This document shows, piece after piece, positions 1 through 9,179 of a stretch of 64,000 nucleotides of DNA; within the stretch, counting starts at the first letter, position 1, and each line of letters opens with the position of its first letter. The stretch spans positions 64,001 through 128,000 of the forward strand of contig JAITVV010000043.1 in NCBI GenBank assembly GCA_031285625.1. Reading direction: 5' to 3'. A program made the translations under genes and the position numbers. The DNA is from Prevotella sp. Its GTDB lineage: Bacteria > Bacteroidota > Bacteroidia > Bacteroidales > Dysgonomonadaceae. A model generated the notes under the pieces. The model made no database searches and was not told the origin of the DNA. It worked only from the letters and a program-made list of their open reading frames with translations.

Positions 1-1318
1 CATGCGTCCACAAATCTCTCACCGAACCATATCCTGTTATACCTAAAGATGAGAAATCGATACTTCTATTTTGTGTTTCATTTTCACGATTAAATAATCC
101 GATAACCCAATCTCCGTTACTCATCTGACCTTTCCATATTTGGCTATCTTTAGATTTAGGATCATTAGATAATGGCTTACCTACAAACCCGTCTTCATTA
201 AGAGCCAGCATTTCGCGATTCTGATATAACCAAAGATTTTTTCCTATAGTAGATTTGCGGTCAGTGATAGAAACCGGGCCACCAGCCATTAAGTGCATTG
301 AAATGACACTTCGCTTCTCGTCAATATCATTATCATTGCTATCGTATGTGTTAATACGAATAAAATCACCATCTAGTATTACTTTTCCTCGCCCTGATAT
401 TTTGGAAAAATATGCAAAACCATCCATAGGGTTCCGATATTGTGACCATCCACTATGCTTTATACCCCGGTCCATTTCACTGAATCTATACCAGCCTCCA
501 ACACCACAGTCTTCATTTATACGGATCATGTCACCATATTTAGCTTCCAATTCGCCATCATTTGTCAGATTTGGCATAACCAAACTCAAGAATATGCCGT
601 GTTTATCACATTCCTCACGCATCCAGCGAAGAGCTGTTTCATAATGTGCACGCGGGCGATTTGTAATACCTACAATCTCGCCTTTATCAATTCCTGTCTC
701 ATACCAGCTAAGAAAATCGACCCGAAGATACTTTGTCCCCATCTGCGCAAAATGATCAATATATCCTTTTACATACTCCTCAGCACCGGGACGATCTACC
801 TGTGCCCATGTAAAGTTCCTAGAATTTTCCTCTAAGTTAACAATATTGGACAGAGGAATATTGGTTCCCTTAATTACCACGCCGGAATCAGCAGCGGCCA
901 TATTAACCCATAATGGATTAAAGTACATACCAAGTTCCATATCCTTATCTTTCAGGTAATTGCTCCACCATTCATAATCGTGCTCCCAATCCCTGGAATA
1001 TCCTGTCCTATAACCATACTCATTGTATTGATCCAAATCGCCCCAGCCATCAATAGCGACCATTTTGTATCCATAATCCCGTAGATTCTCAGCAACCCAA
1101 TCAATGTTTTCCTTCCATTCATCCTCAGGGATATGACTATCCCTGACAAAACATGCCTCATATACACTCCAGTATAGAGGTGCTTTGCGATTAGCTCGCG
1201 TTACACTCTTCAAAGTGGCTAATTCTCCTTTTTCAACATTCTCTTGTAATAAGATATCCTCCGAACAGGACATGAATAGACATAATAATACCAATAGTAG
1301 ACTTTTTAATTTTGTCAT
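1..1318 (-). CDS. GH27 isomalto-dextranase-like lipoprotein, runs off the window edge
   Basis: Hand translation from ATG at 1318 stays open to position 1: MTKLKSLLLVLLCLFMSC (lipobox-like) ... APLYWSVYE ... ENIDWVAENLRDYGYKMVAIDGW ... YLRVDFLSWYE ... DMIRINED ... VILDGDF ... GLFNR ... VRDLWTH. Missing from the ORF track because its stop lies outside the window. Confidence 0.8.
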   Translation of the reverse strand, partial: MTKLKSLLLVLLCLFMSCSEDILLQENVEKGELATLKSVTRANRKAPLYWSVYEACFVRDSHIPEDEWKENIDWVAENLRDYGYKMVAIDGWGDLDQYNEYGYRTGYSRDWEHDYEWWSNYLKDKDMELGMYFNPLWVNMAAADSGVVIKGTNIPLSNIVNLEENSRNFTWAQVDRPGAEEYVKGYIDHFAQMGTKYLRVDFLSWYETGIDKGEIVGITNRPRAHYETALRWMREECDKHGIFLSLVMPNLTNDGELEAKYGDMIRINEDCGVGGWYRFSEMDRGIKHSGWSQYRNPMDGFAYFSKISGRGKVILDGDFIRINTYDSNDNDIDEKRSVISMHLMAGGPVSITDRKSTIGKNLWLYQNREMLALNEDGFVGKPLSNDPKSKDSQIWKGQMSNGDWVIGLFNRENETQNRSIDFSSLGITGYGSVRDLWTH

Positions 1319-1508
1319 GTTGTCTTTAATTTTGTTTGTGAAGTAATGACAAAGAAAAGAAAATTAACTTAATTAACCAAAATAATGTGAAAAAGTTATC
1401 AGTTTGTAAGCTCAACCCAACTACTGAAAATAAAAATCAGGGATAAAAATATATCTGTTTCGAATCAAATTCTTATATTTATTGTTATATAAGAAAAACA
1501 GAAAAACT

Positions 1509-2840
1509 ATGGCAAGAACCAAAAAGAAGAACTTTGTATTAGATACAAACGTAATACTACACGATTTCAGATGTTTAGATAATTTTGAAGAGAATGATAT
1601 ATATATTCCCATTGTGGTGCTGGAAGAACTGGATAAGTTCAAAAAAGGGAATGATCAGATAAATTACAATGCACGCGAATTCCTCAGACAACTGGATGCA
1701 ATAACAGATGACAATCTTTTCACCAAAGGTACAGCCCTGGGCAGTGGTATGGGTAATCTATTTATAGAAACCAGTATAAAGTCTCAAGACAGAATCACAG
1801 AAATATTCCCTGAACGCATACCCGACCATCGCATATTATCCGCTGTACTCGATATCTCAGAGCGGAACAGTAAGTCAAAGACTATATTGGTAACAAAAGA
1901 TATCAACCTGCGGATGAAAGCTCGTGCAATAGGGCTTTTAGCTGAAGATTATATCAACGATAAAGTTGCCGATGTCTTTATGTTTGAGAGACAGCATGCA
2001 ACATTCAGAGATATTGACTCAGCATTGATAGATAATCTGTATGCCAATGTAGAGGGCGTTGATCTGGATGAATTTAACCTTGACTCTCCTGTTAGTGCTA
2101 ATGAATGCTTTGTAATGAAGAATGGAAAAAAGAGTGTCTTAGCCAGATATAATCCTTTTACACGAAAAATAAAAAAAATAGATAAGCAGGTTTGTTATGG
2201 TATACAACCCCGGAATGCGGAACAGACATTTGCTATCGAAATATTAATGAACCCGGAGATAAAGCTTGTAGCACTCACAGGTAAGGCCGGTACAGGAAAA
2301 ACGTTATTAGCTTTGGCTTCCGCATTAAAGCAAAGTGAGAATTTCGAACAAATTTTATTGGCTCGTCCCATTGTCTCACTAAGTAATAAAGAGCTGGGCT
2401 TCTTACCTGGCGATGAAAAGCAAAAAATAGCTCCCTATATGCAACCCCTGTTCGACAACCTTTCTGTAATAAAAAATCATATTCCTTATGGGGGAACCGA
2501 ATATAAGAATATCGAAGAAATGCAGACCAGTAAAAAACTGGAAATAGAAGCTCTTGCATATATACGTGGACGAAGTTTATCAGAGATGATCTGTATAATC
2601 GACGAAGCGCAGAACCTGACTCCCCATGAAATAAAAACAATTATTACACGCGCCGGGGAAGGGACCAAGATGATCTTTACAGGTGACTTGCAACAGATAG
2701 ATTCACCCTATCTGGATGCTCAATCGAACGGATTAGCTTATATGATAGACAAGATGACCGGGCAGGACTTATTTGCTCATGTAAATTTAGTGAAAGGGGA
2801 ACGAAGCAAATTATCGGAAATAGCAAGTACATTATTATAA
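1509..2840 (+). CDS. PhoH-family protein with N-terminal PIN domain (PhoH2-like)
   Basis: FVLDTNVILHD PIN motif, Walker A GKAGTGKT, LGFLPG, YIRGRSL and IIDEAQN. ATG at 1509 preferred over the TTG at 1482. Confidence 0.9.
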   Translation: MARTKKKNFVLDTNVILHDFRCLDNFEENDIYIPIVVLEELDKFKKGNDQINYNAREFLRQLDAITDDNLFTKGTALGSGMGNLFIETSIKSQDRITEIFPERIPDHRILSAVLDISERNSKSKTILVTKDINLRMKARAIGLLAEDYINDKVADVFMFERQHATFRDIDSALIDNLYANVEGVDLDEFNLDSPVSANECFVMKNGKKSVLARYNPFTRKIKKIDKQVCYGIQPRNAEQTFAIEILMNPEIKLVALTGKAGTGKTLLALASALKQSENFEQILLARPIVSLSNKELGFLPGDEKQKIAPYMQPLFDNLSVIKNHIPYGGTEYKNIEEMQTSKKLEIEALAYIRGRSLSEMICIIDEAQNLTPHEIKTIITRAGEGTKMIFTGDLQQIDSPYLDAQSNGLAYMIDKMTGQDLFAHVNLVKGERSKLSEIASTLL

Positions 2841-2929
2841 TATAAGAGGTTCGAAGTTCAATTTATTTTATTTATTAATTAAGTTTGAGGAGAATAATTT
2901 ATTAATTTTATTTTTCAAAGAAACTAATA

Positions 2930-4036
2930 ATGAATAAACGATATTTGAAGTACTATACTTTCGTTGCGGTTATATGTATGTTTTTGCAATCTGTTTTTGC
3001 GCAAAATACATCTGAAGATAATACCAAATGGAGAAAAGGAATTATTACCGACGAATTTATATATGAATCCTCCAGCTTCCCCTCTGTTCATGCTGCTACT
3101 ATTGTAGAGACTCCGTCAGGACTTATTTCTGCATTTTTTGGAGGGAAATATGAAGGGCATCCCGAGGTCAGTATTTACGTTTCACGTCACACACCTAGAG
3201 GATGGACGTCTCCCGTGATAGTTGCAGATGGAATTGTAAATGATACCCTACGAAAAGCTTGTTATAATCCGGTATTATTTCAATATCCCGATGGCGAACT
3301 TATTTTATTTTATAAAATTGGAAAGAATGTTCAGGACTGGACAGGTCATCTGATTCGCTCTTTCGATGATGGACAGACATGGACAAAACCGGAAGCCTTG
3401 CCTATGGGATTTCTTGGGCCCATAAAAAATAAGCCGGAGCTGATTGGTAATAAGTTGATATGCGCATCCAGTACCGAAAATGATGGTTGGCAGGTACATA
3501 TGGAATTTACCGAAGACAGGGGTAAGACATGGAGAAAAACATCTCCAATAAACAGTAAACCATGGAACATAATCCAACCGAGCATACTAAAGTGGAATGA
3601 TGCCACATTACAGATTGTCTGCCGCTCACAAAATGAACATATTATATCTGCATTCTCAAAAGATGAAGGGAAAACATGGAGCGACCCCGTAGCACTCTAC
3701 TTACCCAACAACAACTCGGGAACAGATGCTGTAACACTCAGGGATGGCCGTCAATTAATAGTTTATAACCATGTAGCAGCTACCGAAAGCGCCTATAAAG
3801 ATAAAGCCCGCACTCCACTCAATGTATCTCTATCCAATGATGGCATCACTTGGAAAGCAAGCCTTGTGCTTGAAGACTCTCCTATAAAAGAATATTCATA
3901 CCCCTCTGTAATACAGGGTAAAGACGGCATGATACATATAGTATATACATGGCGCAGAGAAAGAGTGAAATACATAAAAATCGACCCGTCTTTACTAATT
4001 ACTGAAGAAATAAAGGATGGGCAGTGGCCGGATTAA
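2930..4036 (+). CDS. Secreted BNR/Asp-box (GH33/sialidase-family) beta-propeller protein
   Basis: Signal peptide; Asp-boxes SFDDGQTW, TEDRGKTW, SKDEGKTW, SNDGITW; C-terminal RTPL and YSYP motifs. Confidence 0.8.
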   Translation: MNKRYLKYYTFVAVICMFLQSVFAQNTSEDNTKWRKGIITDEFIYESSSFPSVHAATIVETPSGLISAFFGGKYEGHPEVSIYVSRHTPRGWTSPVIVADGIVNDTLRKACYNPVLFQYPDGELILFYKIGKNVQDWTGHLIRSFDDGQTWTKPEALPMGFLGPIKNKPELIGNKLICASSTENDGWQVHMEFTEDRGKTWRKTSPINSKPWNIIQPSILKWNDATLQIVCRSQNEHIISAFSKDEGKTWSDPVALYLPNNNSGTDAVTLRDGRQLIVYNHVAATESAYKDKARTPLNVSLSNDGITWKASLVLEDSPIKEYSYPSVIQGKDGMIHIVYTWRRERVKYIKIDPSLLITEEIKDGQWPD

Positions 4037-4072
4037 TAAACCAATTTAATAAACACTCAAAAAAGATCAATT

Positions 4073-4531
4073 ATGAAGCAAATAGAAAAAATATCAGAAA
4101 ATAACAACTACACTGCAGCAAACATAGGAAATCTGAGTAAATTGATGGATTATTCTATGATCCACCCTAAAAATAAAAAGGAAGTCTTTGGTAAAGTCTT
4201 TCTGAAAGATGCAACCGGAGCCACAGGTACAGAAATATCATTTCAGGAACTTCCTCCGCAAACCGATTTATCCTATTTCCATATTCACAATGAAAATGAA
4301 GAAACTTATATCGTGCTAAAAGGGTCTGGAGATTTTCAGGTAGATGAAGACTGCTTTCCTATAACCGAAGGTAGTGTAATACGGGTTGCCCCACAGGGTA
4401 AACGCTCTTTACGAAATTCTTCGGATCAACCGATGGTTTATATGGTGATACAATCTAAGAAGGATTCATTAAATCAATATTCATCCGAAGATGGAGAAAG
4501 AGTCGAATACAAAGCTAAATGGGATAAGTAA
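4073..4531 (+). CDS. Cupin-domain protein
   Basis: YFHIHNENEETYIVLKGSG cupin motif 1 and EGSVIRVAP motif 2. Confidence 0.85.
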   Translation: MKQIEKISENNNYTAANIGNLSKLMDYSMIHPKNKKEVFGKVFLKDATGATGTEISFQELPPQTDLSYFHIHNENEETYIVLKGSGDFQVDEDCFPITEGSVIRVAPQGKRSLRNSSDQPMVYMVIQSKKDSLNQYSSEDGERVEYKAKWDK

Positions 4532-4609
4532 AAAATACATACAGAAACCTATCCAGAATAGAATAAATAATACATTTACATTTTTTCTAAATAAAAAAAT
4601 GATAAAATG

Positions 4610-4639
4610 TTTGCAATATTCAAAAAAGTATTACTTTTG
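4610..4639 (+). promoter_or_regulatory. Bacteroidota sigma-ABfr promoter of the pheA leader
   Basis: TTTG at 4610-4613 and TACTTTTG (TAnnTTTG) at 4632-4639, about 30 nt before the leader ATG. Confidence 0.7.
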
Positions 4640-4668
4640 TATCCATATTCAAAACGAAGAATATTAGA

Positions 4669-4725
4669 ATGAAGAACTTTTCTTATACATACTTTTTCTT
4701 TTTTTACTTTTACTTTAAAAGGTAA
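4669..4725 (+). CDS. Phe/Tyr-rich attenuator leader peptide MKNFSYTYFFFFYFYFKR (pheL-like)
   Basis: ATG 4669 to TAA 4725, 18 codons of which 7 are Phe and 4 are Tyr; lies between a promoter and a terminator upstream of pheA. Confidence 0.9.
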   Translation: MKNFSYTYFFFFYFYFKR

Positions 4726-4778
4726 GACAGGATTTTGTATGAGAAAATTGGAATAAAATAAACAATATAAATATATAG

Positions 4779-4809
4779 AATCCTGTCAGGTATGACAGGA
4801 TTTTTTTTT
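4779..4809 (+). terminator. Attenuator terminator upstream of pheA
   Basis: AATCCTGTCA-ggta-TGACAGGATT hairpin running into a T9 tract; its 5' arm can pair alternatively with 4726-4740. Confidence 0.9.
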
Positions 4810-4834
4810 GATAATAAGTGAAAATAAGTTTAAT

Positions 4835-5677
4835 ATGAAAAGAGTTGCTATACAAGGGGGATTAGGCGCGTATCATGGGATAGCCGCAGAAAATTATTTC
4901 GGAGAAGAAGTAGAGATTGTTCCGTGCATTACTTTTCGCGACATTTTTACTACTATCAAAAAAGAACCGAATACCATCGGTATCATGGCTATAGAGAACA
5001 CAATAGCAGGCAGCCTTTTGGGTAACTATGAGCTGCTCAAAGAGAACAAATTACCGATTGCAGGAGAATACAAACAACGTATCTCACACTGTCTGGCCGC
5101 ACTACCGGGAAAAACTATCCACGATATCAAAGAAGTAGAGTCGCATCCGATTGCACTAATGCAGTGCACTCAGTTTTTAGATACACTTCCCGAAGTGAAA
5201 ATCATTGAGCATGAAGACACGGCTCTTGCTGCAAAAGATGTGGCTGAAAAGAATCTTTCGAACACAGCCGCCATATGTAGTACAAGAGCTGCCGAGATAT
5301 ACGGACTGAATATACTAGCGAGGGGAATTGAGACAAATAAGCACAATTTTACTCGCTTTCTTATTTTTGGTAATCCATGGGTAGTAGATGAGTTGCAAAA
5401 AGATGAAGTTTTAAATAAATCTTCTATCGTATTCACAACACCACATAGCGAGGGTAGTCTCTCTAAGGTGTTATCTGTATTTTCTTTCTATGGCATCAAC
5501 CTCACTAAGATACAATCACTCCCGATAATCGGTCGTGAATGGGAATATCAGTTTTATGTAGACCTTACATTTTCTGATCTGACCCGCTACAAGCAATCGC
5601 TACAGGCCATTCGTCCACTTACCAATGACCTGAAACTACTGGGAGAATATCCTGATGGCAAACAAAGCGAACTCTAA
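4835..5677 (+). CDS. pheA: Prephenate dehydratase with ACT domain
   Basis: VAIQGGLGAYH, ENTIAGS, SHPIALMQC, NFTRF, INLTKIQSLP. ATG at 4835 preferred because the 4808 TTG lies in the terminator T-run. Confidence 0.93.
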   Translation: MKRVAIQGGLGAYHGIAAENYFGEEVEIVPCITFRDIFTTIKKEPNTIGIMAIENTIAGSLLGNYELLKENKLPIAGEYKQRISHCLAALPGKTIHDIKEVESHPIALMQCTQFLDTLPEVKIIEHEDTALAAKDVAEKNLSNTAAICSTRAAEIYGLNILARGIETNKHNFTRFLIFGNPWVVDELQKDEVLNKSSIVFTTPHSEGSLSKVLSVFSFYGINLTKIQSLPIIGREWEYQFYVDLTFSDLTRYKQSLQAIRPLTNDLKLLGEYPDGKQSEL

Positions 5678-5735
5678 AACAGTTATCAGTTAACAATAAA
5701 TAAATAAATGATTAATTTTCAAATCTTGAAATTTT

Positions 5736-6896
5736 ATGAATATAGTACCCGCTGACCGCCTGAATATAGTAAGCGAATATTACTTCTCAAAAAAACTCAG
5801 GGAAGTTGCTGAAATGAATGCAGCAGGAAAGAATGTTATTAGTCTTGGAGTTGGAAGTCCCGACCTCCCACCCTCTGAAGAAACGACCAAAGCTTTTTGT
5901 GAATCTGTTGTAAAAAGTAACGTACACGGATATCAGCCGCATGTAGGTATACCCGAACTACGCAAAGCCTTTGCCGATTGGTATAAAAGGACATATAATG
6001 TTGTATTAGATCCTGCAAAAGAGATACAACCATTGATCGGTTCAAAAGAAGGGATTCTACATATTTCCCTTGCTTTTCTAAATCCGGGCGATAGCGTATT
6101 AGTGCCCAATCCGGGTTATCCGACTTATAGTTCTGTCAGCAAACTTGTAGGAGCCAATATACAGACTTACGACCTAGATGAAAATAATAACTGGCAACCC
6201 GATTTCGATGCATTGGAAAAGATGGATCTGTCTAATGTGAAGCTTATGTGGATTAACTATCCGAATATGCCAACAGGAGCGAATGCTACAATAGAATTAT
6301 TTGAAAAAATAGTTGCATTCGGTAAAAAACATAATATTGTGATAGCTCATGACAACCCGTACAGTCTTATTCTGAATGAGAATCCACTTAGCATTCTCCA
6401 GGTGGAAGGAGCCAAAGATATCTGTATCGAATTAAATTCGATGAGCAAATCACACAATATGCCGGGATGGCGTATCGGGATGGTAGCATCGAATGCACAA
6501 TTTATACAATGGATACTAAAAGTGCTCAGCAATATAGAAAGTGGAATACTAAAACCAATGCAGCTAGCTGCTGTAGCCGCACTAAACAACTCGCAAGAAT
6601 GGCATAAAGAAAACAACATCAGATTATATGCCAACCGCCGCCGGTTTGCAGAAGAAATAATGAGTGAATTAGGCTGTACTTTCGACAAAAATCAATCCGG
6701 AATGTTCCTTTGGGGTAGGATACCCGATAAATATAAAGGTAGCGAAGAGCTGGCTGATAAAATATTATATGATGCAAAAGTATTCCTTACTCCGGGTTTC
6801 ATTTTTGGAGGCAAAGGGGAAAGGTATATACGTATTTCCTTATGTTGCAGTGAAGAGATGTTGAGAGATGCATTGGAAAGAATTAAGAAAATGTAA
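5736..6896 (+). CDS. PLP-dependent class I/II aminotransferase (probably aromatic/prephenate)
   Basis: SLGVGSPD, NYPNMPTG, DNPY and SMSKSHNMPGWRIG (PLP lysine); operon context. Confidence 0.9.
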   Translation: MNIVPADRLNIVSEYYFSKKLREVAEMNAAGKNVISLGVGSPDLPPSEETTKAFCESVVKSNVHGYQPHVGIPELRKAFADWYKRTYNVVLDPAKEIQPLIGSKEGILHISLAFLNPGDSVLVPNPGYPTYSSVSKLVGANIQTYDLDENNNWQPDFDALEKMDLSNVKLMWINYPNMPTGANATIELFEKIVAFGKKHNIVIAHDNPYSLILNENPLSILQVEGAKDICIELNSMSKSHNMPGWRIGMVASNAQFIQWILKVLSNIESGILKPMQLAAVAALNNSQEWHKENNIRLYANRRRFAEEIMSELGCTFDKNQSGMFLWGRIPDKYKGSEELADKILYDAKVFLTPGFIFGGKGERYIRISLCCSEEMLRDALERIKKM

Positions 6897-6927
6897 ATTA
6901 TCTATTATAGGGTAATAAGTTATAAGT

Positions 6928-6988
6928 AAAAAGGTAACAGATAAAAACAGAGGAAAAGTTGTCACTTTTGTCACCTTTGTCACTTTTT
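6928..6988 (+). repeat. Intergenic REP-like element, copy A, with 3x TTGTCAC units
   Basis: AAAAAGGTAACAGATAAA-N8-AAAAGTTGTCACTTTTGTCACCTTTGTCACTTTTT resembles the reverse complement of 34429-34478. Confidence 0.65.
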
Positions 6989-7000
6989 AGTAAAATATAG

Positions 7001-7564
7001 ATGAAGTTTAAGCCAAGACATATTAAACTAAAGAACAACAAAACCGTTGAAATAAGGGAAGCTGTTATTGATGATGCACAAGGGCTTATAGATGCCGCTA
7101 AAAAGTATTTGAGAGACAGTGACTACCTGCTATCTTATGAGGAAGAATTCACCAATAGCCTTGAAGAGGAAGTCTCTTGGATAGGATCAATGGCTAATGA
7201 CAATAGCCTGTTGTTAGTCGCTGTCTATGAAGGTGAGATTTTATCCACATTCAGCCTGCACAGCAGACAACTGAAAAAGATAAAACATACTGCAGAAATA
7301 GCTATCGCTATATTAAAAGAATGGCAAGGTCTAGGTTTAGGATTTGCATTGTTCAATTCAGCTATTACATGGTGCAAGGAAAATACTTCACTCGAAATCT
7401 TATATCTTGACGTTTTTGCCGAAAATACAAATGCATATCATCTTTATAAGAAAATAGGATTTACAGAAGATGGCAGAAGAAAAAATTATTACAAGACCAA
7501 ATCAGATAAATATATAGACAATATAATGATGTCACTAAATATAAATCAAATAAACATTAAATAA
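7001..7564 (+). CDS. GNAT-family N-acetyltransferase (RimJ/RimL-like)
   Basis: EWQGLGLG acetyl-CoA loop and NTNAYHLYKKIGF motif B. Confidence 0.88.
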   Translation: MKFKPRHIKLKNNKTVEIREAVIDDAQGLIDAAKKYLRDSDYLLSYEEEFTNSLEEEVSWIGSMANDNSLLLVAVYEGEILSTFSLHSRQLKKIKHTAEIAIAILKEWQGLGLGFALFNSAITWCKENTSLEILYLDVFAENTNAYHLYKKIGFTEDGRRKNYYKTKSDKYIDNIMMSLNINQINIK

Positions 7565-7566
7565 AT

Positions 7567-8628
7567 ATGAAACTAGAATCTATTTTACTTCCCGGGGTTG
7601 ACCCGAAACGTCCCTTAGTGATAGCCGGCCCTTGTAGCGCCGAAACAGAAGAACAAGTGATGAACACTGCCAGACAACTGGCTGCCGATGGCATTAAAAT
7701 CCTTCGTGCCGGAATATGGAAACCCCGGACAAAGCCAGGTGGTTTCGAAGGTGTTGGTAGCGAGGGACTTGCATGGCTCAAAAAAGTGAAACAAGAAACA
7801 GGTATGTATGTATCTACCGAGGTTGCCACTCAGAAGCATGTTTACGAAGCACTTAAATATGGTATCGATATGCTCTGGATAGGCGCACGCACCACAGCAA
7901 ACCCTTTTGCCGTACAGGAAATCGCAGAAGCTTTGCAAGGTGTTGACATCCCTGTATTGGTTAAGAACCCTGTCAATCCCGATCTTGAACTTTGGATCGG
8001 AGCGCTTGAACGACTTAGCAATGTGGGACTTACTAAAATAGGTGCTATACACCGCGGATTCAGTTCATATGATAAAAAGATATACAGGAACCTGCCCCAG
8101 TGGCATATACCAATCGAATTGCAGCGCCGTTTCCCGGACCTGCCGATTATCTGTGACCCAAGCCATATCGGGGGAAAACGTGACCTCATACAACCTTTGT
8201 CTCAACAAGCAATGGACCTGAACTATGATGGACTGATTATAGAAACACATTGCGACCCTGAGAACGCCTGGAGTGACGCGGCACAGCAGGTAACACCTGT
8301 CAGACTGAAAGAAATACTGGCTTCATTAATTATCAGAGACGGAAAGCAATCCACTGAAGACCTTTCTGACCTTCGCCGACAGATTGACGAACTTGACGAT
8401 CAATTACTCGAACTCTTAGCCAAACGTATGCGTATTTCCTGTGAAATAGGTACTTTCAAGAAAGAACACAATATGACTGTAGTTCAGACTGACCGTTATG
8501 ACGAGATACTCAACAAACGTATAGCACAGGCTGAAGGGATGAAAATGAATCCGGATTTCATGCGTATTATACTTGAAGCAATCCACGAAGAATCTGTAAG
8601 ACAACAGGTAATTATATTGAACAAATAG
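7567..8628 (+). CDS. Bifunctional DAHP synthase (type I-beta) / chorismate mutase
   Basis: IAGPCSAE, RAGIWKPRT, WIGART, DPSHIGG; C-terminal LRRQIDELDDQLLELLAKRM chorismate mutase domain. Confidence 0.93.
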   Translation: MKLESILLPGVDPKRPLVIAGPCSAETEEQVMNTARQLAADGIKILRAGIWKPRTKPGGFEGVGSEGLAWLKKVKQETGMYVSTEVATQKHVYEALKYGIDMLWIGARTTANPFAVQEIAEALQGVDIPVLVKNPVNPDLELWIGALERLSNVGLTKIGAIHRGFSSYDKKIYRNLPQWHIPIELQRRFPDLPIICDPSHIGGKRDLIQPLSQQAMDLNYDGLIIETHCDPENAWSDAAQQVTPVRLKEILASLIIRDGKQSTEDLSDLRRQIDELDDQLLELLAKRMRISCEIGTFKKEHNMTVVQTDRYDEILNKRIAQAEGMKMNPDFMRIILEAIHEESVRQQVIILNK

Positions 8629-8645
8629 TAATATATAATATCATT

Positions 8646-8683
8646 AAGGACTAAAGGATATTCAATTCTTTTAGTCCTTTTTT
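8646..8683 (+). terminator. Intrinsic terminator of the aromatic operon
   Basis: AAGGACTAAAGGA...TCTTTTAGTCCTT followed by a T run. Confidence 0.8.
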
Positions 8684-8717
8684 ATTCACTATATAATACT
8701 CGTTCTATAAAATTAGT

Positions 8718-8725
8718 TAACTTTG
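8718..8725 (+). promoter_or_regulatory. -7 promoter element directly upstream of the RAPP ORF
   Basis: TAACTTTG separated by only 4 nt from ATG 8730. Confidence 0.65.
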
Positions 8726-8729
8726 CAAA

Positions 8730-9179
8730 ATGAGACTGAAACAGATAATCACTTTAACACTATTGATCTTTGCTAATATATTTCTATTAGCACACTCTGT
8801 TTTACCTCATTCGCACCATGACGGGGTTGTCTGTTTTTCACTCGAAGAATTAACACACCAACATCATTGTTCTGACCATCATGATGATGTAGGATGCTGT
8901 TGCGAACATGGTAAAAATGGCCATCATCATTCTAACACCGAAGATTGTGATTTAAAGGATATCGTACTCCGACAACAGGACAATACACATGAAGATATAT
9001 TGCCTTGTCCCAACTGCCTTTTATTAGCGTATACACTGTATTCGCTAAACGAATTCTATATAGAAGCTCCACAATTTGGAGAGCGCCTCCGACAAAAACC
9101 TTATTTAGAAAACTATATCCCTCCCTTCGTAGGCTCTGTAAAAAGTCTGCGTGCTCCTCCTGTATCTTATTTCAGTTAA
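8730..9179 (+). CDS. His/Cys-rich exported protein with CxxC and C-terminal RAPP; candidate metal-sensing arrest peptide (DUF6769/DUF2946-like architecture)
   Basis: Hydrophobic N-terminus, 14 His and 8 Cys in residues 22-96 including CPNC, RAPP at residues 141-144 (9150-9161). Confidence 0.8.
   Translation: MRLKQIITLTLLIFANIFLLAHSVLPHSHHDGVVCFSLEELTHQHHCSDHHDDVGCCCEHGKNGHHHSNTEDCDLKDIVLRQQDNTHEDILPCPNCLLLAYTLYSLNEFYIEAPQFGERLRQKPYLENYIPPFVGSVKSLRAPPVSYFS

Noticed and set aside
255-1167. ORF-track entries 255-644, 455-835 and 952-1167
   Set aside because: Shadows or an alternate frame of the long minus-strand GH27 gene at 1-1318.
1509-2840. PIN-PhoH as a toxin-antitoxin module
   Set aside because: No small upstream antitoxin ORF on the same strand; the gene is commonly stand-alone.
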